DNA from: Methylococcales bacterium
Lineage (GTDB): Bacteria > Pseudomonadota > Gammaproteobacteria > Methylococcales > Methylomonadaceae
Reading direction: 5' to 3'
Length of the DNA stretch: 64,000 nt
Assembly (NCBI GenBank): GCA_030693155.1
Contig: JAUYBJ010000057.1
Span: 10,275 to 74,274 of the forward strand
Below are positions 18,082 through 26,195 of this stretch, in pieces. The notes below the pieces were generated by a model. The model saw nothing but the letters and a program-made list of their open reading frames with translations. It was not told the DNA's origin and ran no database searches. The first letter of the stretch is position 1, and the number at the start of each line of letters is the position of its first letter. The position numbers were made by a program, and so were the translations under genes.

Positions 18082-21000
18082 ATGCTCAATAAAATTATTG
18101 AATGGTCGGTTCGGCATGTTTTTCTGGTATTGCTCGGAACACTTTTTATCGTAGCCTGGGGCATATATAGCGTCATCAACACACCAATCGACGCGATTCC
18201 AGATCTCTCGGATGTACAGGTCATCGTCTACACGGAATATCCTGGACAGGCACCTCAGGTAGTGGAAGACCAGGTTACCTATCCGCTCACTACTGCCATG
18301 CTGTCGGTACCTAAATCCAAAGTCGTGCGCGGATTCTCCAACTTCGGCGCTTCATTCGTGTATGTCATCTTTGAAGACGGGACTGACATCTACTGGGCGC
18401 GCTCGCGTGTGCTGGAGTACCTCAATTTTGCTGCGGGAAGATTGCCCAAGGGGATCACACCTTCGTTAGGTCCTGATGCTACTGGCGTAGGTTGGGTTTA
18501 CCAATATGTAGTTACAGCCAAGCATAAGACCCTTGATGAACTACGCTCTATTCAGGATTGGTTTGTCCGTTATCAATTGACTAAGGCACATGGAGTCGCT
18601 GAGGTAGCCAGTATAGGCGGTTTTGTAAAGTCATATCAGGTTACAGTCAACCCGCAACGCTTGCAGACTTATGGTATATCGCTCAAAACAATTTCTAATG
18701 TCATTGCTATGAGTAATCGCGATGTCGGCGGTCGCGCAATTGAGATGGCGGAGACCGAGTATGTAGTTAGAGGTAGAGGTTATTTGCGTGGGATTGGCGA
18801 CCTTGAGACCTTGGTGGTTAAGGCTAACATGGGTACGCCAGTGCTCTTACGCGATGTTGCCCGTGTTGAAATGGTTCCGGATGAGCGTAGAGGAATTACA
18901 GAGTTAAATGGAGAAGGCGAAGCGGTTGGCGGCATCGCCGTGGCTAGACATGGGCAGAATGCACTCGATGTAATCCATAATCTAAAGACTAAAATCAGTG
19001 AGATTGCATCAGGCCTGCCAGAAGGAGTTTCAATTCAGGCTGTGTATGACCGTTCAGGGTTGATTCATCGTGCTATCAGCACACTCAGCGAGACTCTTAT
19101 CCAACAGGGCATCATTGTTGCATTGGTATGCGTAGTATTTCTGATGCACGTACGCAGCGCGCTGGTGGCTATCATTATGCTACCAATTGGCGTTTTGGTT
19201 GCTTTCATTGCGATGAGGTTCTTGGGCCTGAATTCCAACATCATGAGTTTAGGTGGTATTGCCATTGCGATTGCTGAGATGACCGATGCGGCAATCGTCA
19301 TGATTGAAACATCGCACAAGCATCTCGAACGCCAATCGCCTGGAATGACTCGCACGGATGCGATCATTAAAGCATGTCAGGAAGTAGGCCCGTCGCTGTT
19401 CTTCAGCTTATTGATCATCACGGTGTCATTTCTTCCAGTGTTTACACTGGAGGCGCAAGAAGGACGAATGTTTCTGCCGCTTGCCTATACGAAGACATTC
19501 GCCATGGCTGGGGCCGCTTTGCTTTCGATTACGCTGGTACCAGTGCTGATACTGTTGCTGGTTCGTGGGCACATTCCGTCCGAACAGAACAATCCATTAG
19601 TGCGCGTAATGATATGGTTGTATAGGCCCGTGATGGTCTGGGTAATGCGGTGGAAAGGATTTATCGTCCTGACGGCAATTATATTGCTTGGGGTGACTGC
19701 CTATCCGGCGCTCAAACTGGGTACGGAATTTATGCCGACCTTGAATGAAGGCACGCTGCTTTACATGCCGTCGACATTGCCGAGTATTTCCGTTACCAAG
19801 GCGGCTGAACTGTTGCAGACACAGGATAAGATTATTAAAAGCTTTCCTGAGGTGGAATCTGTCTTCGGCAAAGCGGGTCGGGCAAATAGTGCTACTGATC
19901 CGGCGCCTTTGGAGATGGCGGAGACTATTATTAACCTCAAACCTGAAGATCAGTGGCGCCCCGGCATGACTATCGACAAGTTAATCGATGAACTTGATAA
20001 AGCAGTTCAAATGCCAGGAGTAAGCAACGCCTGGACGATGCCGATTAAGGCCAGAACCGATATGCTCTCCACGGGGATTCGGACACCGATTGGTATTAAG
20101 GTGTTCGGTAAAGACCTCGTCGAAATGGAAAAACTCGCTAAGCAGATTGAGTCTGTTGTTAAAACTGTTCCTGGAACAACAAGCGCCTATGCTGAACGTA
20201 TCACCGGCGGATACTATCTGGATGTAATTCCAGACCGAGAGGCACTATCTCGCTACGGATTGGCTGTTGGTGATCTGCTGGATGTGGTTTCGGTGGCGCT
20301 TGGCGGTGAAATGGTCACGACTACAGTGGAAGGTCGTGAGCGCTTTGGCGTTAACGTGCGCTATCCCCGAGACATGAGAAGTGATCCGCAGGCAATTGCC
20401 ACGCAGGTGCTGGTGCCAACCATGGGGGCCACGATGATACCGCTTGGACAACTTGCGCAGGTCAAGCTGGTTAAAGGCCCGCCAAGTATACGTACTGAGA
20501 ACGCGTTGCTGTCAGCATATATTTTTGTTGATATTCGTGATCGAGATATTGGTAGTTATGTTGCAGCTGCACAAAAAGCAGTTCGTGAACAGGTTAAGTT
20601 TCCTCCTGGCTATTACATCACTTGGAGCGGCCAGTTTGAGTACATGCAGCGCGCAATTGAAAAACTGAAGGTCGTATTACCAATTACCATCCTGATTGTA
20701 TTCGTACTGCTGTATTTGAGTTTCAATCGTTTCAGCGAAACGTTGATGGTAATGCTCTCTGTGCCATTCTCCGTGATCGGTGGCGTCTGGCTGATGTATT
20801 GGCTTGACTACAACCTAAGTATCGCGGCAGCAGTTGGTTTCATTGGCTTAATCGGTATCGGAGCCGAAACCGGCATGGTGATGTTGGTATATCTAGATCA
20901 GGCTCTTGAAGAGGTCAAAGCAAAACGTGAAGCTGCCAGTGAGCAACTCACCAAAGAGGATATTTATGCCGCAGTGGTGCAGGGTTCAGTGTACCGGATA

Positions 21001-21204
21001 CGTCCGGTAATGATGACCGTTGCCGGGAGTATCGTAGGCCTGTTTCCCGTTATGGTGAGTAGCGGAACAGGTTCCGAGCTGATGCGGCGTATTGCTGCCC
21101 CAATGGTGGGCGGGATGGTATCCGCCACTGTGCTGACGCTGATTGTGATTCCTGCCATTTATGCACTAGTCAAAGAGTTTTCGCTACACCGAGCGCATCG
21201 GTGA
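18082..21204 (+). CDS. cusA: HME-RND efflux pump, monovalent-cation (CusA) type
   Basis: 1040 aa. The TM4 signature [23 protein letters not shown] resembles E. coli CusA [23 protein letters not shown] rather than the CzcA DFG-DGA-VEN type. Confidence 0.85.
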   Translation: [1040 protein letters not shown]

Positions 21205-21231
21205 ATTTAACACAACCATAGGAGATATATC

Positions 21232-21594
21232 ATGAAAAATCGCACGAAATTGACCATAGCCTTGTTGGCTACATCCCTTATGCTTGGTGGCTGCGCCTCG
21301 CAGAAGCCCGCAAAACCGAGTGGTATCGAGCAACGCATCGAAAGCGCGCAATCGCCTTCGGAACATCAGGCAATTGCTGGCGAATACGAGAAGCAGGCAG
21401 CGGCAGACAAGGCCACCTCTAGAATGCACCAGGGCTTGGCAAACAAATACAAATATATAACTACGCCCAAGGGGTTTTCACCGGGATCCGCATATCAACA
21501 TTGTAGCAATTTGGCAAAGCTATACGAGCAGGCTGCGGCGGAGAATCTCGAACTAGCCAAGCTGCATCGCGAAGCAGCTGATGCGGCCAAATAG
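21232..21594 (+). CDS. Small lipoprotein, unknown function
   Basis: Lipobox LMLGGCAS. Follows cusA by 27 nt. Confidence 0.5.
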   Translation: MKNRTKLTIALLATSLMLGGCASQKPAKPSGIEQRIESAQSPSEHQAIAGEYEKQAAADKATSRMHQGLANKYKYITTPKGFSPGSAYQHCSNLAKLYEQAAAENLELAKLHREAADAAK

Positions 21595-21642
21595 CCCTAA
21601 ATGAGCGTCAAGCGTCCATTGCAGCACACTAGTTCATACCAG

Positions 21643-21768
21643 GCTGTTGTGCGGGGCTCAGTGTACCAGGTACGTCCGGTAATGATGACCGTTGCCGGAC
21701 GTATCCTTGGCCTTAACAGAACAAATTCCAGAGGCAATGCGGCGTATCGCTGTCCCTATATCTAATCA
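21643..21768 (+). pseudogene. Relic of a second cusA-type RND gene 3' end
   Basis: Clear nucleotide similarity to 20973-21110 (…GGCTCAGTGTACCAGGTACGTCCGGTAATGATGACCGTTGCCGG…GCGGCGTATCGCTG…) with an internal deletion. No upstream ORF. Confidence 0.7.
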
Positions 21769-21796
21769 TTAAATATTTTGTGACTTAAAGAGCTAA

Positions 21797-22288
21797 ATGG
21801 ACATAAAGCTTATACAAAAGGATTTTAGAGAACTCTCAGCAGTTGAGCGTCAACAAATTGAGAATGAGCATGCCCATCTAGAACAGTTTTTGTGGGAGCT
21901 GCATGAGGCATGTTGCGAGTTTGATAGCCTGAAAGAATGCCATGGATGTGACAAAGAGAAATTTGCTTCATGCCAAGGGCGACTAATTTCATTTGAATAT
22001 GTTTTTATCGATTTCGTCATTAGGCATTTTGAAAACGAAGAAAAAATTATGTCCGAAATTTGTTATACCCAAGACGCTAAAGAGTTTTTTCATTTGCATG
22101 TACAAGAGCATGAGAAATTATTGCTGGAAATGGAGAGCCTAATGCATAAGTTGTCGGTCGAGAGCGAGCAGGGATTTACGGCAGGGGCAATTCGAGAGCT
22201 TTACTATCGGGTTGCGGAACTGTTTGGTAAACATGCCGCTACCTTTGACAACTTATTGATGAATCATCCCGAAAGCGTTAAGAAGTGA
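21797..22288 (+). CDS. Hemerythrin-like metal-binding protein
   Basis: HHE-type motifs: HAHLE, RHFENEEKIM, HLHVQEH, KHAATFD (H-x4-D). Confidence 0.55.
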   Translation: MDIKLIQKDFRELSAVERQQIENEHAHLEQFLWELHEACCEFDSLKECHGCDKEKFASCQGRLISFEYVFIDFVIRHFENEEKIMSEICYTQDAKEFFHLHVQEHEKLLLEMESLMHKLSVESEQGFTAGAIRELYYRVAELFGKHAATFDNLLMNHPESVKK

Positions 22289-22356
22289 GTGTTGTGTAAG
22301 TCTCAATATGATGAGAACAGATATTTTTAAAACTTTTGAAAGAACAGAGATAATCA

Positions 22357-22938
22357 ATGCCCGAAATAATTCCTAACCTGCATCCGTTAATGGTGCATTT
22401 CCCCATTGCATTGATCAGCGTTTCTGCAATATTTCACGTGACAGCAATCGCAACGCGGGGTAAAGACTGTGCCACGCACTGCTCCGTTCTTGCTCATACC
22501 ACGCTGTGGATAGGCGCATTGGCGGCGCTGCCAACGGTCTTTTTCGGCTGGCAGGCATTCAACAGCGTGAATCACGATGAAGCCGGTCACATCGCCATGC
22601 TGCTGCATCGCACTTTGGGGCTGGCTACTTTGCCGCTACTAGTGGTTTTGGCGGGCTTCGATTTCTGGCGCAGTAAAGCTGATGCGATGCCTTCATGGTG
22701 GTTTGCCAGCGCAGTGATTGGTGCATGGGGAATGGTTGCCTCCACCGCATGGCATGGTGGGGAATTGGTTTATCGACATGGATTGGGGGTGCTTTCGTTG
22801 CCCGCTACGGAGCACGGTCAGCTCGGACATGAACATGGTTCCGTGATGAAAGACGCGGAGCATGCAGATGTAATGTCTATAGAAGATAGAGAAAAAGAAC
22901 TCTCACATGAACATTCCCATGATAAGCACGCGCACTGA
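22357..22938 (+). CDS. DUF2231-family membrane protein with His-rich C-terminal tail
   Basis: HPLMVHFPIALISVS signature. …GGELVYRHGLGVLSLPATEHGQLGHEHG…HEHSHDKHAH. Paralogous to the C-terminal half of 43006-44286. Confidence 0.65.
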   Translation: MPEIIPNLHPLMVHFPIALISVSAIFHVTAIATRGKDCATHCSVLAHTTLWIGALAALPTVFFGWQAFNSVNHDEAGHIAMLLHRTLGLATLPLLVVLAGFDFWRSKADAMPSWWFASAVIGAWGMVASTAWHGGELVYRHGLGVLSLPATEHGQLGHEHGSVMKDAEHADVMSIEDREKELSHEHSHDKHAH

Positions 22939-22986
22939 AATTTTTAACAAGAATAGTGACGAAACCACAATCTAGGAGAATCTAAA

Positions 22987-24345
22987 ATGAAATTAACATT
23001 TCTTGGTGCAACAGGGACTGTGACGGGCTCTAAATATCTGCTCGATTGCGGTTCAAAACGCATATTAATTGATTGCGGACTATTCCAGGGACTTAAGCAA
23101 TTGCGGTTGAAAAACTGGGATAAATTGTCAATTAACCCTAAAGATGTAGATGTAGTGGTATTAACGCATGCCCATATCGATCACACTGGGTATCTACCAT
23201 TGTTTGTTAAAAATGGATTTTCTGGCAAGGTCTATTGTAGCGAGGCAACACGTGATTTATGCAAAATTCTGTTACCTGATTCTGCGCATCTACAAGAAGA
23301 AGAAGCGGAGTATGCTAACAAGCACGGCTTTTCCAAGCACCATCCAGCGTTACCGCTCTATACAAAAGAAGATGCACAAAGAGCACTTGAACTACTGACG
23401 CCCGTTGATTTTGAGCAGGACGTTGATCTAGGGGATGGCCTGACAGTAAGATTTTCGCCCAATGCACATATTCTGGGGTCTGCTTTTGTGCGCATTCATG
23501 ACCAGAAAACGTCTGTTCTATTTTCAGGGGACATTGGACGGCCCCATGACATTTTGATGAAAGCCCCCGTGCGTATCAAGCAGGCTGATTACCTAGTGCT
23601 TGAATCTACTTATGGCAATCGATTGCACGATACCAGTGACCCGCAAATTAAGCTAGCTGCAATTATCAACCAAACAGTAAAACGCAAAGGCGTTGTAGTT
23701 ATACCGGTATTTGCAGTGGGTAGAGCGCAAGAATTGCTTTATTACATTCATCTACTCAAATCATCAGGTGTTATACCTGATATCCCAGTATATTTAAATA
23801 GCCCAATGGCGGTAGATGCCACCGCGATATTTCATAACCATCGTGGCGAGCATCGCCTGACGCCAGAACAATGTGATGCACTATGCCACACAGCTCACAT
23901 GGTGAATAGCGTCGAAGAATCTAAACGGCTTAATGAAACCCAAGGCCCGATGATTATCCTTTCAGCAAGTGGGATGGCTACTGGCGGGCGAGTTGTACAT
24001 CATTTGAAGGCTTTTGCACCTAACCCCAACAATACTATCCTGTTTGTTGGCTTCCAGGCGGCGGGTACGCGTGGGGCTGCAATGCTGGACGGAGCTGAAA
24101 GCATCAAGATACATGGCGAATATGTGCCGGTACGTGCTGATGTTGAGTATGTTTCCAACCTTTCCGCACATGCTGATTATTCAGAAATCCTGGATTGGCT
24201 AGGTGGTTTCGAAGTTCCGCCAAAGAAGACATTCATCACCCACGGTGAGCCGATTGCGGCAGATGCAATGCGGATTCATATTGAAGAAAAACTGCATTGG
24301 CAGGTAGTGGTGCCGGATTATCTTGAAACAGTAACTTTAAATTAG
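22987..24345 (+). CDS. MBL-fold beta-CASP hydrolase (RNA-metabolising metallo-beta-lactamase family)
   Basis: LTHAHIDHTGYLP (HxHxDH), about 450 aa, beta-CASP-like middle region. Confidence 0.7.
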   Translation: MKLTFLGATGTVTGSKYLLDCGSKRILIDCGLFQGLKQLRLKNWDKLSINPKDVDVVVLTHAHIDHTGYLPLFVKNGFSGKVYCSEATRDLCKILLPDSAHLQEEEAEYANKHGFSKHHPALPLYTKEDAQRALELLTPVDFEQDVDLGDGLTVRFSPNAHILGSAFVRIHDQKTSVLFSGDIGRPHDILMKAPVRIKQADYLVLESTYGNRLHDTSDPQIKLAAIINQTVKRKGVVVIPVFAVGRAQELLYYIHLLKSSGVIPDIPVYLNSPMAVDATAIFHNHRGEHRLTPEQCDALCHTAHMVNSVEESKRLNETQGPMIILSASGMATGGRVVHHLKAFAPNPNNTILFVGFQAAGTRGAAMLDGAESIKIHGEYVPVRADVEYVSNLSAHADYSEILDWLGGFEVPPKKTFITHGEPIAADAMRIHIEEKLHWQVVVPDYLETVTLN

Positions 24346-24403
24346 GCTTCTAAATTTCCCCATGATATGCATACCTACTGAAATTTTTAACAGGAGAAAC
24401 CCC

Positions 24404-24835
24404 ATGAAATTATGGATACGCATTTGTGCTGTTGCGCTGACATTAAACTCAGCTGCTGCCCTCGCCGGACAGGCTATCACCGTCTACAAAAGTCCGACTT
24501 GTGGTTGTTGCAAGAAATATGTCAGCTACTTAAAAGAGAATGGCTTTGCAGTCAAGGCAATCGACCAGAACGATATGGATAGTGTCAAGAAACGTTACGG
24601 CGTGACGCGCGTCGCCAGTTGTCATACTGCGCTGATCAATGGTTATGTGGTTGAGGGCCACGTACCAGTGAGCGCCATTAACAAACTGCTCAAGGAAAAA
24701 CCTGCTATTGCCGGCATCAGCGTGCCCGGCATGCCTATGAACTCACCGGGGATGGGGGAAATGAAGAAAGGGACATTAACGGTTTATCGCATCCCAAGAA
24801 ACGAAGAGGCTCTTAAAGTTTATTCTGTTGAATGA
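24404..24835 (+). CDS. DUF411 (CopG-like) periplasmic metal-binding protein
   Basis: Signal peptide. YKSPTCGCCKKY…CHTALINGYVVEGHVP…VPGMPMNSPGM. ATG 24404 follows AGGAGA. Confidence 0.75.
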   Translation: MKLWIRICAVALTLNSAAALAGQAITVYKSPTCGCCKKYVSYLKENGFAVKAIDQNDMDSVKKRYGVTRVASCHTALINGYVVEGHVPVSAINKLLKEKPAIAGISVPGMPMNSPGMGEMKKGTLTVYRIPRNEEALKVYSVE

Positions 24836-26195
24836 GAATCTAATTGATGACTTTTGGAGAATGTTTTTGAGACTTACCCCGTACGAATTGAAGAAATCTA
24901 TTGCAACTCGCTTGCTGGCTGCATGGGTGGTTCTCTCAATAGTGTTGGGGATAGGTTCCTATTATTTTGAATCCAAACAAATTGATGCTTTTGTTTTCAG
25001 TCTGGCAGCTCAGGCTGCAAAACATTTTAACAATCCCGAAAACGAAGCAGCTTTTTTAGGGAATCTGAATCAGCATCGTTCAGTGGTCGAGAGGTTTCTC
25101 AAAGACTCCAGATTTGCCGGTATTCGTCTGTTTGGGAGTAACAAGAAACTTGAACTTGAAACGTGGAAAACAGATGAAAGCAGATTACTGAGTCGAATAG
25201 AAAGGCATCGCCATAGCTTCCCTAATGAAGGTGACAGTCATTACAACAAGATTATAGATGGTGGAAATCTTTACGTTCAGATTGTTATTCCCCTAACGTC
25301 ATCAGATAAGAGAATCTATGGCTATTTTGAAGGGATATATGAGATTGATTCAATCACTGTCGCTACACTTGAGCAACGAATCATAACTTCTTTATTGATT
25401 ATTGTGATGGTCATTGGGATAACAAGTCTCGTGTTATATCCGGTCATTCTGTCCCTCAACCGGGAAGCCACTAATCTTTCTGATGAATTGCTGCAATCAA
25501 ATCTGGAGCTATTGCAGTCGCTAGGCAGCGCGATTGCTAAGCGCGATTCTGATACGGATGCTCATAATTATAGGGTGACTCTTTATGCAATCAGGCTTGC
25601 TAAAACCATGGGTAGGAGTAATGCAGAGATTGAATCGCTGATTGTTGGCGCCTTTCTACATGATGTAGGCAAAATCGGTATTTCCGACCAGATTTTATTA
25701 AACCCAGGAAAATTGACTCATGATGAATTTGAAATCATGAAGACCCATGTCATCCATGGCAAGGAAATTATCCAGCACTCAAAATGGCTTAAATGTGCCC
25801 ATGATGTTGTGCTTTTTCACCATGAAAGATTTGATGGTACTGGGTATCCCCAAGGCCTCAAGGGCAAGGATATACCGATAAATGCTCGGTTGTTTGCTGT
25901 TGTGGATGTATTTGATGCATTAACTTCCAAACGACCTTACAAAGATTCTTTGTCATTCTCCGAATCAATGAGCATATTGCATGCAGGATCAGGCAGTCTT
26001 TTTGATCCTGGAATTCTTGTAGCATTTGAGCGCATTGCACCTTTTCTCTATGAAGAGTTTTGTCATGCAGATTTAAGTTATTTGCAGCGCATATTGAAAG
26101 ACTCTTTAACAAAATACTTTCATCGAGATTACTCAAAAAAACTAAAACAAGGGGGACTTCAAAATGAGTTCATGGCATCAACAATCGATTCCTGA
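24828..26195 (+). CDS. Membrane-anchored HD-GYP domain protein (putative c-di-GMP phosphodiesterase)
   Basis: HDVGKIGISDQILLNPGKLT…FHHERFDGTGYPQGL. Two TM segments flank an N-terminal sensor-like region. Start uncertain (TTG 24828 or ATG 24861). Confidence 0.8.
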   Translation: MNENLIDDFWRMFLRLTPYELKKSIATRLLAAWVVLSIVLGIGSYYFESKQIDAFVFSLAAQAAKHFNNPENEAAFLGNLNQHRSVVERFLKDSRFAGIRLFGSNKKLELETWKTDESRLLSRIERHRHSFPNEGDSHYNKIIDGGNLYVQIVIPLTSSDKRIYGYFEGIYEIDSITVATLEQRIITSLLIIVMVIGITSLVLYPVILSLNREATNLSDELLQSNLELLQSLGSAIAKRDSDTDAHNYRVTLYAIRLAKTMGRSNAEIESLIVGAFLHDVGKIGISDQILLNPGKLTHDEFEIMKTHVIHGKEIIQHSKWLKCAHDVVLFHHERFDGTGYPQGLKGKDIPINARLFAVVDVFDALTSKRPYKDSLSFSESMSILHAGSGSLFDPGILVAFERIAPFLYEEFCHADLSYLQRILKDSLTKYFHRDYSKKLKQGGLQNEFMASTIDS

